Part shown: in pieces, positions 1 through 10,548 of the stretch | Position numbering within the stretch: position 1 is the first letter of the stretch | Layout of the letters: each line of letters opens with the position of its first letter | From: a virus | Lineage: Duplodnaviria > Caudoviricetes | Length of the DNA: 64,000 nt | Reading direction: 5' to 3' (one strand) | Virus record (IMG/VR): IMGVR_UViG_2756170261_000003 | Coordinates: 1 to 64,000 of that record | Notes under the pieces: model-generated | The model's database searches: none | Seen by the model: the letters and a program-made list of their open reading frames with translations, nothing else | Told to the model about the DNA's origin: nothing | Position numbers and translations under genes: made by a program

Positions 1-2337
1 ATGCGAATTGAGTTCGTCGAGATAGCGAATTTTCGAAAACTACTTTCGACAAGGGTCGGTCTTTCATCCAACAAGACCGTCTTCGTCGGAGCAAATAACA
101 GCGGCAAGACGTCGGCGATCACCGCGTTGCGTTATTTTCTCGTGGACCGCGGGCACTCCAGGTTCTGCCTTAATGACCTCACCCTTGCTCATTGGCCGAT
201 CATCAATGCCATGGGCACCACGTGGGAAGAGGCGCATACCAATAATGAGGTATTGCCAGCGCCGAACTGGGATCCGGTATTACCGCTGCTTGACGTGTGG
301 CTCCAGGTTGCCGTGAATGAAGTGCACTACGTGCAGAAAATCCTGCCCACCCTGGACTGGGACGGCGGACGGCTGGGCGTGAGGATGCGCCTGGAGCCCA
401 GGGACGCGGAACAGCTGCAACAGGAATATCTGAATGCGCGTGCCCAAGCCGTGGCATTGCAAGCGGCGGGGGCCGCGCTCGCCGCCGAACAAGGCAAAGC
501 GGTCGATGAGTTTCAAGTTGCGATCTGGCCTCAAAACCTCATTGATTTTCTACAGCGTAGATTAAAGACGCTTTTTACTGTCAGGGCCTACATTCTCGAC
601 CCGGCCGCCTGTGTCGCCCCTGAGCACGGCAGAGCCAGGCCACAAGCACTGGACGGAAGCGAGCCCATCGACGGTGACCCGTTCTATGGCCTTATCCGTA
701 TCGACGAGATCAGCGCTCAACGCGGTTTTGGCATGGAGGGAGAACGCGACGACGAAAGCGACGACATCACCGCCGGCAGAAGCGGGTCGAGAAAACTATC
801 TGTTCAACTCCGGCAATACTACACCCGCCACCTCGACCCTTACGAGAATCCGGATGCGCAGGATCTTCTTGCTCTGAAGGCGATTGAAGAGGCCCAGCAA
901 GCCTTCAATTTGCGGCTTAGCGACGGCTTCAAGGGACCGCTCATGGAGATGCACAAACTTGGGTATCCAGGTGTCACCGACCCGAAATTGAACATCTCGA
1001 CGCGGCTGCGCCCCGTCGAAGGATTAAACCACGACGCCGCCGTGCAATTTATTGTCCCCATACGTGACGGCGGCAATACCGCGAACCTATATTTACCCGA
1101 GGATTCCAACGGGTTGGGTTACCAGAACCTCATCTCCATGGTGTTCCGCCTCATGGCCTTTCGTGACAGTTGGATGCGTGTTGGCAAAGCGAAACATAAA
1201 GCTTCCGATGACACCATCATCCCCCCTTTGCATTTGGTTCTCATCGAAGAGCCAGAGGTGCATCTTCACACTCAAGTTCAGCAGGTCTTCATTCGGCAGG
1301 CCCATAAAATTCTACGCAACCACCCCAATCTCGGAAACGGTCCAAACTTTGTGACCCAAATGGTGGTCAGCACCCACTCCAGCCACATCGCGCATGAGTG
1401 TGAGTTTGATTCCCTCCGTTATTTCCGGCGCCTGCCGGGTGGCGACAAGGCTATTCCAACCTCCTGCGTCGTCAATCTCGAAAACGCGTTCGGCGCAGAT
1501 CTGGACACCAAGCGCTTCGTGACGCGCTACCTGCGTGTCACGCATTGTGACCTGTTCTTCGCCGACGCTGCGGTCCTAATAGAAGGGCCGGCCGAACGTA
1601 TTCTCATACCCAATTTTGTAAACAGTCATGCGGAATTCCAAAAGCTCTCGGAAAGCTACATCACCTGGCTTGAGATTGGAGGTAGCCACGCGCACAAGCT
1701 GCGCAGCCTGGTCGAGAAAATTGGCCTCACCACACTAGTCATCACCGACATCGACTCGTGCAATGCCGAAGGAGCCAGCGCCCCTCCGGTCAGAGGGGCG
1801 AACTATACAACTCGCAACGCCACTCTGCGAACGTGGTGGCCCCTCATCAATGAACTTGATCCACTGCTCGACAAACCCGAGAACGAAAAGGTCAAAACCT
1901 ATGCGGATGAGAATTTCTCGGTGCGTGTTGCCTACCAGTCGCCCATCCAGGCGACGTTCAAAGGGGAAGCCGCCGAAGCGCTCTCCTACACCCTCGAAGA
2001 CGCGATAGTGATGGCGAACCTGGACTTGTTCGCAACCATGGCTGGAACCGGGCTAATCGCCAAATTTCGCACCGCCATTGCAGATAGCGCCAATTTGGCC
2101 GCCTTGAGCGAAGCGCTCAAGGCGGCTCTCCAGGGAGGTGGCAAAGCCGAGTTCGCATTGGATTTGCTCGAAATTGAGAACCCGCTTTCCCTAAGGCCGC
2201 CAAACTATATCAAGGACGGACTGGTCTGGTTGGCCGACCAGCTTGAACAAAAGCAGTCCGAGCTTGGCCTCGTCCAGTCCGCCGGAAACGATGACGGTCA
2301 ACCGGAGAGGGACATGCCCGTGGAGGCCGTGGCGTGA
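1..2337 (+). CDS. gajA: OLD-family ATP-dependent endonuclease (ABC ATPase + TOPRIM), GajA-like
   Basis: Walker A GANNSGKT, Walker B LIEEPEVHLH, STHS motif, TOPRIM IEGPAE and TDID; overlaps downstream helicase (GTGA). Confidence 0.8.
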   Translation: MRIEFVEIANFRKLLSTRVGLSSNKTVFVGANNSGKTSAITALRYFLVDRGHSRFCLNDLTLAHWPIINAMGTTWEEAHTNNEVLPAPNWDPVLPLLDVWLQVAVNEVHYVQKILPTLDWDGGRLGVRMRLEPRDAEQLQQEYLNARAQAVALQAAGAALAAEQGKAVDEFQVAIWPQNLIDFLQRRLKTLFTVRAYILDPAACVAPEHGRARPQALDGSEPIDGDPFYGLIRIDEISAQRGFGMEGERDDESDDITAGRSGSRKLSVQLRQYYTRHLDPYENPDAQDLLALKAIEEAQQAFNLRLSDGFKGPLMEMHKLGYPGVTDPKLNISTRLRPVEGLNHDAAVQFIVPIRDGGNTANLYLPEDSNGLGYQNLISMVFRLMAFRDSWMRVGKAKHKASDDTIIPPLHLVLIEEPEVHLHTQVQQVFIRQAHKILRNHPNLGNGPNFVTQMVVSTHSSHIAHECEFDSLRYFRRLPGGDKAIPTSCVVNLENAFGADLDTKRFVTRYLRVTHCDLFFADAAVLIEGPAERILIPNFVNSHAEFQKLSESYITWLEIGGSHAHKLRSLVEKIGLTTLVITDIDSCNAEGASAPPVRGANYTTRNATLRTWWPLINELDPLLDKPENEKVKTYADENFSVRVAYQSPIQATFKGEAAEALSYTLEDAIVMANLDLFATMAGTGLIAKFRTAIADSANLAALSEALKAALQGGGKAEFALDLLEIENPLSLRPPNYIKDGLVWLADQLEQKQSELGLVQSAGNDDGQPERDMPVEAVA

Positions 2338-4226
2338 ACGATTCTATGACGGCATCGAATATCACGCTTGACGATCATGTTGAATGTGAGCTGGCTGAAT
2401 TCCTGAACTTGGAGAAACCAACCAGCTTCTTTCTCTTTGCCGGCGCCGGATCGGGAAAAACACGCTCGCTGGTGAATGCGCTGAACCACGTGGCGAACAC
2501 GTATCGCGACACTCTCCATCTGCGCGGCCGCAAAGTCGCCGTCATCACCTACACCAACGCCGCTTGCGACGAGATCATCCGCCGGACGGAGTATGACCCG
2601 TTATTCGTTGTGCGCACCATCCACAGTTTCGCTTGGTCGCAATTCCAGGGGTTCAATTCCGACATACGCGATTGGCTAAGAGAAAACCTACAGCAAGAGA
2701 TCACCGATCTTCGAGCGGAAGAGGCAAAGGGTCGAGCGGGCACCAAGGCCTCGGCGGCTCGCCAGGTCCAAATCGATTCCAAGCACCGCCGGTTGGACAG
2801 GCTCGCCGACATCAGAACCTTCACATACAACCCCAATGGCGACAACCGAGAACGTAATTCGTTGAATCACAGCGAAGTTATTAAAATATTCTCGACGTTC
2901 CTGCTAACGAAGCCACTCATGCAGCGCATGTTCGTTGAAAAGTTTCCATTTCTATTGATTGACGAAAGTCAGGACACTAGCCGCGCGCTGATCGATGCCC
3001 TACTCGCGGTGCAAAAGACGCATGCGGATCGCTTCTGCCTTGGCCTGATCGGCGACACGATGCAGCGCATTTACCCAGACGGCAAGGAGCGGATAGAAAC
3101 AGACATACCGCAAGACTGGGCGACGCCTGAGAAGAGGCTTAACCACCGCTGCCCACGCCGTGTTGTTCGACTCATCAATCAAATTCGCGCCGGCGCGGAT
3201 GACCATGCGCAGGAACCACGCGACGATAGTCCCGAGGGCTGGGCGCGGCTGTTCATTTTTCCAATCGATACGCCGGACAAGCCCGCGCTTGAGCAGCGAA
3301 TCCGGGGCCATATGATGGGAGTGACCGGCGACCCGGACTGGTCCGATGTCAGTAAATGCAAAATCCTGACCCTTGAGCATCACATGGCGGCCCGAAGGAT
3401 GGGCTTTATGCAGATGTTCGAAGCACTGGCTTCCGTTGACGATTTTAGGACGGGTTTTCTCGACGGCAGCTTTGGGCCTACCCGCTTTTTCACACACCTC
3501 GTCCTGCCACTCGTCATGGCACAGCAAAAGAACAACAAGTTCGCGACCGCCAAGCTGATGCGAGAGAACTCGCCGTTGCTCACCAAGGACAGCCTCAAGA
3601 GCAACGACAAACCCATGGCGCAACTTCGCGCAGCTCAAGCCGCCATCGACAGCCTAATGGGTCTTTGGGCTGATGACGAACCCACTTGCGCCGAGATCGT
3701 CGAGAACATCGCTAAAACCGATCTCTTTGAAATGCCTGATGGGCTCAAGACGGCCCTGGCCGCCAAACTGGCTGAATCGGCGGCAAGTCCCGACGACAAC
3801 CAGGCGGATCCCGTCAGTGATCAAATCGCAGCACTCATCACGTTCCTTGACTGTGGGTTCTCGGAGATTGCGCCATATGCCGCCTATGTCGCGCATAAGG
3901 CGCCGTACGATACCCACCAAGGGGTGAAGGGGCTGGAGTTCGAGCGTGTCATGGTGCTCATGGATGACGAGGAGGCTCGCGGATTCTTGTTTGGTTACGA
4001 CAAGTTGCTAGGAGCCAAAGCGCCCACACCCGCCGACATTAAAAACGTCCGGGAGGGGAGGGAAACCTCCATTGATCGCACACGACGGCTATTTTATGTG
4101 ACATGCAGTCGCGCGCAGTCCAGCTTGGCCCTTATCGCATACTCTACGGATCCCGCCGCCGTGCGGGCTCATGTCGTTGACAGCGGATGGTTGGAGGATC
4201 ACGAGATTTTATTGGAGATTCCCTAG
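2334..4226 (+). CDS. gajB: UvrD/SF1 helicase, GajB-like
   Basis: AGAGSGKT, TYTNAA, IDESQD, GDTMQRIY, THQGVKGLEFERV, RRLFYVTCSRA; coupled to OLD nuclease. Confidence 0.8.
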   Translation: MNDSMTASNITLDDHVECELAEFLNLEKPTSFFLFAGAGSGKTRSLVNALNHVANTYRDTLHLRGRKVAVITYTNAACDEIIRRTEYDPLFVVRTIHSFAWSQFQGFNSDIRDWLRENLQQEITDLRAEEAKGRAGTKASAARQVQIDSKHRRLDRLADIRTFTYNPNGDNRERNSLNHSEVIKIFSTFLLTKPLMQRMFVEKFPFLLIDESQDTSRALIDALLAVQKTHADRFCLGLIGDTMQRIYPDGKERIETDIPQDWATPEKRLNHRCPRRVVRLINQIRAGADDHAQEPRDDSPEGWARLFIFPIDTPDKPALEQRIRGHMMGVTGDPDWSDVSKCKILTLEHHMAARRMGFMQMFEALASVDDFRTGFLDGSFGPTRFFTHLVLPLVMAQQKNNKFATAKLMRENSPLLTKDSLKSNDKPMAQLRAAQAAIDSLMGLWADDEPTCAEIVENIAKTDLFEMPDGLKTALAAKLAESAASPDDNQADPVSDQIAALITFLDCGFSEIAPYAAYVAHKAPYDTHQGVKGLEFERVMVLMDDEEARGFLFGYDKLLGAKAPTPADIKNVREGRETSIDRTRRLFYVTCSRAQSSLALIAYSTDPAAVRAHVVDSGWLEDHEILLEIP

Positions 4227-4367
4227 AAATACGGGAAAACTCTATCCCTTGAATAACCTCTAATCATCCCCACGCCTTTGTCTTCAAGACCGATCAGCTT
4301 CGACTTGACGTCATGCGCCCCTGCGCCAACATCATCAATTAACCAACAGGCAGTGTTCGCCACCTCC

Positions 4368-4517
4368 AGGGCCGTTCGCGATGAGCTAGTCGATGTGGTG
4401 TTGTATCTCGTGCGGCTATGCAGCGTGTTGGGCGTCGATCTCAACGAGGCGGTCACACACAAGATTCAAGCCAACGGCAGGAAGTATCCAGCCGGCGACT
4501 CGACACCTTATCTGTAG
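4368..4517 (+). pseudogene. C-terminal remnant of a MazG-like nucleotide pyrophosphohydrolase
   Basis: AVRDELVDVVLYLVRLCSVLGVDLNEAVTHKIQANGRKYP resembles the MazG/dCTPase C-terminal half; N-terminal EExE helix absent. Confidence 0.65.
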
Positions 4518-4539
4518 TGCCCCAAGCCGTTGCCTGGCA

Positions 4540-5061
4540 TCACCGAACTGTTTTCACCGTTTTCCGTATCGACTCCGCATGATGCGGGCCAACTCCTATA
4601 TCGCTCATCAACTGGAAAAAATCGTCCGCGCAGGCCGAACCCCTGCCCGTTGAGCGCGCAAGCCGGCGCGCCATCCGCGTGATGGGCTCCAGCTCGCCGC
4701 TGTAAAAGTGGGCCGGCTCCCCGACCGCTTCCGCCATCTCCGCCTTGACTTGATCGGGCAGATCGGCCCCATGGATGAAGTAGCGAAGATGCCTCAGGAA
4801 ATTCCCGTGGCTAAATATCTCGGCGCCCGACGTGCCATTGCCGATGAAGACCTCCATCCTCGATTTTTTCCCGCCGTTGTACTCGGGATCGTCAAAATAG
4901 CGAAGACGGTTCGCGGGGATGGCCTCGCGCCGCAGCAACATTGGCGTCAGCTCCCCGGCCCGCTCACAAGCCAGACGCAATTCGTCATGTAAGCGCCAGC
5001 TAAAGTTGATGTCCCGCAGCAGTGCCGCTTCCTCAGCCGTCAATTCAATGGTTCCCAGCAT
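4540..5061 (-). CDS. Hypothetical protein
   Basis: 173-aa ORF with GGAG RBS and protein-like composition. Confidence 0.7.
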   Translation of the reverse strand: MLGTIELTAEEAALLRDINFSWRLHDELRLACERAGELTPMLLRREAIPANRLRYFDDPEYNGGKKSRMEVFIGNGTSGAEIFSHGNFLRHLRYFIHGADLPDQVKAEMAEAVGEPAHFYSGELEPITRMARRLARSTGRGSACADDFFQLMSDIGVGPHHAESIRKTVKTVR

Positions 5062-5194
5062 TGCCCACTCCCGATTCGATTAATTAGATAGGCACTCCCG
5101 TTGCCCATGGATGCCGATCCCGTCTTCCGCATGCCACGCGGCATATAAACTAGGGCATACGCGATCATCATAACCGTCCACCGACTGGAGGCTT

Positions 5195-6415
5195 ATGCAT
5201 AAGACCACCACTTTTCCTCGACGGGAGCTGTATGACATGGTCTGGGAAACCCCGCTCACACGGTTGGCCGAGACCATCGGCGTCTCCGACGTCGCCTTGG
5301 CCAAATCCTGCCGCCGGGCGGGCATCCCTCTTCCCGGACGGGGATACTGGGCCAAGGCCGAGCGCGACCGTCCCCGCAGGCCGCCGCTACCCAAGCTGAA
5401 GGACGAATACTACGAAGTCATCCGCTTCCAGCTCGCCTCGACCAACGACCCCCACAATCAACGCAAGCTCAAGCCGGAGAAGGGCGAGCCGATCATCGTG
5501 CCGACCCGTCTCGACTCGCCACACCCGCTCGTCGCGCAAACCTTAAAGGCGGTGGGCAGGGCCAAAAGCGACCAGGGACATCTATCACCGCCTTCGGGAC
5601 GCGCGCTGGACATCAGGGTCTCGCCGGGTTCGCTCGACCGGGCCGCGCGGCTCATGGACGCGCTGATCAAGGCCTCGGAGACCAGAAGACATGTGTGGCG
5701 GATCACGGAGAATGGCCCGACGGATGTGGAGGTGGACGGCGAGACCCTGCACATCCAACTCCATGAAAAACTAAAACGCCACGAGCTACCGCCGCCTTCC
5801 CGGCCCACCCGAGCGCGCGGGCCCCGCCCATGGGAGCCAGATCTGGACGCTTTGTTCGCCTTGAGAAAACAATTCGAATGGCGTCCGACCGGAATCCTGA
5901 CCCTCGGCATAGACGGCCCCTGGCTCACCGGTTCGGTCAGAAAAAACTGGAACGACACCGAGCACGGCTCGCTTGATAACAAGCTGCATGAGGTTCTTGC
6001 CGGTCTGGCGCCCGCCGCCGCGGCCATCAAGGCCCATCGCGAGGAGTGCGAGCGCCGACGAAAAGCCGAGGAGGAGCGTGCCGCCCGCCGACGCGAGGAG
6101 GAGCGACGCGTGGCGCACCAGCGTCGCCTGCGCGCGCGGCTTGTCCGGGCCGCCGGGCAATGGGAGCGGGCGCAACGTCTGCGCGCGTTCCAAACGGCGG
6201 TCTCGGCCCGGTTGGACGAGCTCTCCCCGCCACAGCGGGAGAAGGCGGACACCTGGCTGCGATGGGTTGACGAGCAAATCGATAAGCTCGACCCGCTCCA
6301 AAGCGATCTATCCGGCCTAATCGATCTCGATCCACCGTCCGGTGATTCGTTCACGCACGACCCGCCAAACGGCGACGAGTGGGATTGGTGGTCAATCAAT
6401 CGCCGCCGATACTGA
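5195..6415 (+). CDS. Hypothetical protein with N-terminal HTH-like region and C-terminal coiled coil
   Basis: GGAGG RBS; RRELYDMVWETPLTRLAETIGVSDVALAKSCRR..IPLPGRGYWAK is a HTH-like N-terminus of a type seen in mobile islands. Confidence 0.75.
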   Translation: MHKTTTFPRRELYDMVWETPLTRLAETIGVSDVALAKSCRRAGIPLPGRGYWAKAERDRPRRPPLPKLKDEYYEVIRFQLASTNDPHNQRKLKPEKGEPIIVPTRLDSPHPLVAQTLKAVGRAKSDQGHLSPPSGRALDIRVSPGSLDRAARLMDALIKASETRRHVWRITENGPTDVEVDGETLHIQLHEKLKRHELPPPSRPTRARGPRPWEPDLDALFALRKQFEWRPTGILTLGIDGPWLTGSVRKNWNDTEHGSLDNKLHEVLAGLAPAAAAIKAHREECERRRKAEEERAARRREEERRVAHQRRLRARLVRAAGQWERAQRLRAFQTAVSARLDELSPPQREKADTWLRWVDEQIDKLDPLQSDLSGLIDLDPPSGDSFTHDPPNGDEWDWWSINRRRY

Positions 6416-6550
6416 TTCAGCAGCCTCGCCTGCCGGCCCGCGCGGAGGTCATTTGAAGCTTTTGGATGGATTTGCCCCGGGCCTGACTATACTATCGGGT
6501 TGATACGGGTGCGCCGAAGGGAAACAAGTGTGTTTCGGCGGCGAGGGATT

Positions 6551-6580
6551 TGATAGAATACTGTTTTTATATACAGTATT
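6551..6580 (+). promoter_or_regulatory. Extended -10 promoter (TGaTAGAAT) overlapped by LexA/SOS box CTGTTTTTATATACAG
   Basis: CTGT-N8-ACAG at 6561-6576 within palindrome AATACTGT...ACAGTATT (6557-6580), 21 bp upstream of MTase ATG. Confidence 0.75.
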
Positions 6581-6601
6581 TTGGTGATGGGAGGGCGCGG
6601 T

Positions 6602-7813
6602 ATGAAATCGGTGGAGCTATTCGCTGGCGCGGGCGGGCTGGCCATGGGCTGCGAAATCGCGGGTTTCAACCATCTCGCAGTGGTCGAATGGGACAAATGG
6701 GCCTGCGACACCGTGCGCGAGAATCAAAATCGCGGTTACCCCCTGCTGGCCAACTGGGTGCTGCACGAGGGCGACGTGCGGACCTTCGATTGGAGCTCCG
6801 TTCCACCGGGCATTGACCTGCTGGCCGGCGGCCCCCCGTGCCAGCCCTTTTCCATCGGCGGCAAGCACAAGGCCCATGCCGACAACCGCGACATGTTCCC
6901 GGCGACGGTGGAGATCATCCGGCAACTCAAACCCAAGGCCTTCATCGTCGAGAACGTCAAGGGGCTGACGCGCGTCTCCTTCGCCAATTACTTCAGCTAC
7001 ATTCAGCTCCAACTGGAGTTCCCCGAGGTTCCCCCGCTGAAAAACGAGGACTGGTCCGAGCACCTCGCCCGCCTCCAGATTGAAAAAACGTCGGGCAGGC
7101 GCAAGGGCCGTGGACTCACCTACAACGTGGTGCCCACGCTGGTCAACGCGGCCGATTACGGCGTCCCCCAGAAACGCGAGCGGGTCTTCATCATCGGCTT
7201 TCGGGACGATCTGGGCATTGAATGGGCCTTTCCGGCGCCCACACACAGCTATGACGCGCTGCTGCGCGACCAATGGATAACCGGCGCCTACTGGAAGCGG
7301 CACGGCATGCGCATGCCGCCCGTTCCCCAAAAACTGGCAAACCGGGTGGCCAAGCTGCGCCAGACAGTGCTTTTTGACACGCTCGCCTGGCGCACGGTCC
7401 GGGACGCCATCCAGGGATTGCCCGACCCGCGCTCTCGCGCGGCGGCGCGGGTGCCCAATCATGTGTTCCAGGCGGGTGCGCGCAGCTACCCCGGCCACAC
7501 CGGCAGCCCCTTGGACCTGCCAGCCAAGACGTTGAAGGCCGGCGATCATGGGGTGCCCGGCGGCGAGAACATGCTGGTTGGCGACGATGGCATGGTCCGG
7601 TACTTCACGGTGCGTGAAAGCGCCCGCATCCAGACGTTCCCCGACGGATTCCGCTTTCACGGCAGTTGGACCGAGACCATGCGCCAGTTGGGCAACGCCG
7701 TTCCGGTCCTGCTCGCGCAGCGCGTGGCCTCCAGCGTTGCGGAGCAACTGGCGCTGGCCGAGTTGCGGACCCTTGAAAAAATACAAAAAAATAATCGAAG
7801 GATGAGCGCGTGA
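6602..7813 (+). CDS. DNA cytosine-C5 methyltransferase (cognate to Eco29kI-like REase, probably CCGCGG)
   Basis: ELFAGAGG, GGPPCQPFS, ENV, QKRER, TVRESARIQTFP, GNAVP; GGAGG RBS before ATG 6602. Confidence 0.93.
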   Translation: MKSVELFAGAGGLAMGCEIAGFNHLAVVEWDKWACDTVRENQNRGYPLLANWVLHEGDVRTFDWSSVPPGIDLLAGGPPCQPFSIGGKHKAHADNRDMFPATVEIIRQLKPKAFIVENVKGLTRVSFANYFSYIQLQLEFPEVPPLKNEDWSEHLARLQIEKTSGRRKGRGLTYNVVPTLVNAADYGVPQKRERVFIIGFRDDLGIEWAFPAPTHSYDALLRDQWITGAYWKRHGMRMPPVPQKLANRVAKLRQTVLFDTLAWRTVRDAIQGLPDPRSRAAARVPNHVFQAGARSYPGHTGSPLDLPAKTLKAGDHGVPGGENMLVGDDGMVRYFTVRESARIQTFPDGFRFHGSWTETMRQLGNAVPVLLAQRVASSVAEQLALAELRTLEKIQKNNRRMSA

Positions 7814-8460
7814 CAGCCAAGGTAATTCCATTCAATCCGCTGGACAAGAAGAACCTGGGCGCAAGCGTCGCCGAGGCGCTGCTCACCAAGGAGATACATC
7901 CGCTGGGCGAGGTTGCCTCCTTCGAGGGCGCGGGAATCTACGCCATCTACTACACCGGCGACTTCGAGGCCTATCAACCCCTGGCGCGGCTCAACCAGAA
8001 CGACAAGTTTCTTTGGCCGATCTACGTCGGCAAGGCGGTGCCGGCCGGCGCACGCATGGGCGCCGGCCTGGAACTGGCCGCCGGCAAAGTCCTGCATAAA
8101 CGATTGAAGGAACACGCCGACAGCGTCAAGGCCGCCGAGAACCTGGACATCAAGGACTTTCATTGCCGCTTCTTGGTGGTGGACGATATCTGGATACCTT
8201 TGGGCGAATCGCTTATCATTGCGCGCTTCACCCCCGTCTGGAACTCCCTCATTGACGGCTTCGGCAACCACAATCCCGGCAAGGGTAGGCACGCCGGCAT
8301 GCGGCCACGCTGGGACGTTCTGCATCCCGGCCGTTCCTGGGCCATGAACCTGGCGGAGCGCCCCGAGACGCAGGCCCAAATCGGACAGGACGCAGCCACC
8401 TATCTGCGGACGCCACCCGCCTGTTTGTCGGGCCAATTCATCGAGGCCGAGGGAGCATGA
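7810..8460 (+). CDS. Eco29kI-family GIY-YIG type II restriction endonuclease
   Basis: FNPLDKKNLG, GAGIYAIYY, IYVGKA, RLKEH, WIPLGES, PVWN..IDGFGNHNPGKGR, WDVLHPGR. Confidence 0.9.
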   Translation: MTAKVIPFNPLDKKNLGASVAEALLTKEIHPLGEVASFEGAGIYAIYYTGDFEAYQPLARLNQNDKFLWPIYVGKAVPAGARMGAGLELAAGKVLHKRLKEHADSVKAAENLDIKDFHCRFLVVDDIWIPLGESLIIARFTPVWNSLIDGFGNHNPGKGRHAGMRPRWDVLHPGRSWAMNLAERPETQAQIGQDAATYLRTPPACLSGQFIEAEGA

Positions 8461-8512
8461 CGCCTAGCTGCTCCGTGGCTGACGCGACACCCCATCACCA
8501 AGCTGTTCGCCG

Positions 8513-9274
8513 ATGAGTTACTTCGAGGATTTCGAGTTCGATCTGCCGTCCGCTCTGCTGGAGCGTCTGGTGTTGCTCTTTTCGAAGATGACGCCCGGCG
8601 CGTTGAATGACGAAACCGTGCAAGGCGTACCCGAGGCCCAGGGAGTTTATCAGCTATTTTTCAACAATGAGCTAGTCTACATCGGGAAGACTGACGCTGG
8701 TGCGGGCTTGAAGAAACGGCTGCTGCGCCATGCGCGCAAAGTCCAATCGCGGCGCAACCTGCCACCCGGGACCGTGACTTTTAAGGCCATCAGGGTTTAT
8801 GTATTTACCGCAATGGATTTGGAGGACATGCTCCTCAAACACTATCGCGCGGACGGCCCTCACCCAGCATGGAACAACAGTGGCTTCGGTTCCAACGATC
8901 CCGGTCAAAAGCGTGATCAATCGGATCTAAAAGACCATCACTTTGACAAACTCCACCCTATTGACCTGGATGTAGCGATCACTCATCACTTTGAGTCTTT
9001 TCCGATCACTGCGGCGGACTTTCTAAAGTTCCTAAAGACCGAACTCACTTATACGATCCGATACCAAAGCACTGGGGGCCGCTCACGAAGAGCACACGCA
9101 GACTTGGTGGCATGTCAGATTGTGCTCACTGAAGCCACCAAAACGGTTCGCGAGTGGCTACGTCAAATAAAAGGAGCATTGGGAGCTAACTGGCAAATCA
9201 CCGCCTTACCCGGCTATGTCCTTGTCTATAAGGAGAACAAACCGTACCTTCACGGTGAGATTATTGAGGGATAA
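8513..9274 (+). CDS. Second GIY-YIG nuclease (Eco29kI-related) with C-terminal extension
   Basis: GVYQLF..LVYIGKT..LKKRLLRH, E..LL, PAWNNSGFGSNDPG. Confidence 0.8.
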   Translation: MSYFEDFEFDLPSALLERLVLLFSKMTPGALNDETVQGVPEAQGVYQLFFNNELVYIGKTDAGAGLKKRLLRHARKVQSRRNLPPGTVTFKAIRVYVFTAMDLEDMLLKHYRADGPHPAWNNSGFGSNDPGQKRDQSDLKDHHFDKLHPIDLDVAITHHFESFPITAADFLKFLKTELTYTIRYQSTGGRSRRAHADLVACQIVLTEATKTVREWLRQIKGALGANWQITALPGYVLVYKENKPYLHGEIIEG

Positions 9275-9698
9275 GCGGGGACTGGGCCGGCGGGTCAAGA
9301 AAACGGGTGATTCGTTGCAAAACCGCATTCAAATCCCGTAGCTCGCACTCCCAAATCACCATCGTGTCCCAGCCCATTTCATGCAGCCGACGGCAATTGG
9401 CAGAATCCCGAGCCCTGTTCCCCTCCAGCTTGGCCGCCCAAAAATCCTCATTAGATTTCGGCATCCGTGACAACACGCAATGAGCGTGCCAATGCCAAAA
9501 GCACCCATGCACAAAGATCACCTTGCGTCGGCCGGAAAACACCAGGTCCGGCTTGCCCGGAAGCTTAGCTCCGTGCAAGCGATAGCGGTAGCCGGCACCG
9601 TGCACAAGTCGCCGAATCAACATTTCCGGGCCAGTGTTCTTAGATTTGATTAACGCCATGACCCGGCTTCGTTCTGAAACGCTGATCGTATCAGTCAT
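9261..9698 (-). CDS. vsr: Very short patch repair endonuclease
   Basis: MTDT..ERSRVMALIKSKNTGPE, LPGKPDLVF, FVHGCFWH, IWECE. Confidence 0.92.
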   Translation of the reverse strand: MTDTISVSERSRVMALIKSKNTGPEMLIRRLVHGAGYRYRLHGAKLPGKPDLVFSGRRKVIFVHGCFWHWHAHCVLSRMPKSNEDFWAAKLEGNRARDSANCRRLHEMGWDTMVIWECELRDLNAVLQRITRFLDPPAQSPLIPQ

Positions 9699-10257
9699 CG
9701 AAATCACACTCGCTTTTTGTGAACAGGCGCTTGCGCCACCTATTAAGAGCAGCTTAGGAGACTTTACTGCTGGCCGATCAGCCAGGTTCTCAATCATACT
9801 CTGTCGTTAACACCAAAGATGTCGAACGCATGCTCGTGCCAACGTCAAGCTGGGTCCACTGCACCACAATAGGCAGCAGATGCGCAAAAACCTGCATTGG
9901 CAGAAATATATGGCTCTAATCGACTCGCACCCAGCAAGTAGGGCAAACGTCCAAGCGGCAAGGAATAGCCATTAGTTCCTGCAAACCAAACGAAACAAGG
10001 AATAGCTTTTTTGCTTTTGTTGGGAACGCCCCTCTTCGGGACATATGTACAGTGGCAGTGTATTTCGCGGTGGCTTGTGGGGGGAATCAATGGAGCCCTC
10101 GTTAGCGAGGCCGAACTAACGGAGAAAGGCGTCCGCCGCAATCTAGCATCCTTGGTGAGGATGGGCAAAGCCTCGGCCAGTTAATCCGATGTCATGACGC
10201 TCAAATAGCGACTTCCGCCGTTGTCTTTACCTCCATCACTGACGTCTCTTTCTATAT

Positions 10258-10548
10258 CTAAATAGCTGACACGTTAAGTCGCAACCCCACTGCGTGAAGC
10301 ACTTTATGCACGGTGGCAAGCGTCGGATTTCCCCGGTCAGACAATGCACGAAATAAAGTCTTCTCGCCTAATCCTGCCCGGCGGGCAACCTCCGCCATAC
10401 CATGCGCCTTGGCAACTTGGCGCAGAGCTAAAAGCAAGGCGGCAGAATCGTCCAGCTCAATTATCGACTGCAAATAAGCAGCGGCCTCCTCTGGATCGCG
10501 CATAGCAGCGATGGTAGTTTGTTCATAGCTTTTATCTTTTGCATTCAT
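10258..10548 (-). CDS. Addiction-module antidote protein (HigA-like HTH)
   Basis: AAAYL...LLALRQVAKAHGMAEVARRAGLGEKTLFRALSDRGNPTLATVHKVLHAVGLRL. Confidence 0.85.
   Translation of the reverse strand: MNAKDKSYEQTTIAAMRDPEEAAAYLQSIIELDDSAALLLALRQVAKAHGMAEVARRAGLGEKTLFRALSDRGNPTLATVHKVLHAVGLRLNVSAI

Noticed and set aside
10037-10052. Second LexA box
   Set aside because: Only the right half (TACAG) matches; left half is CGGG.
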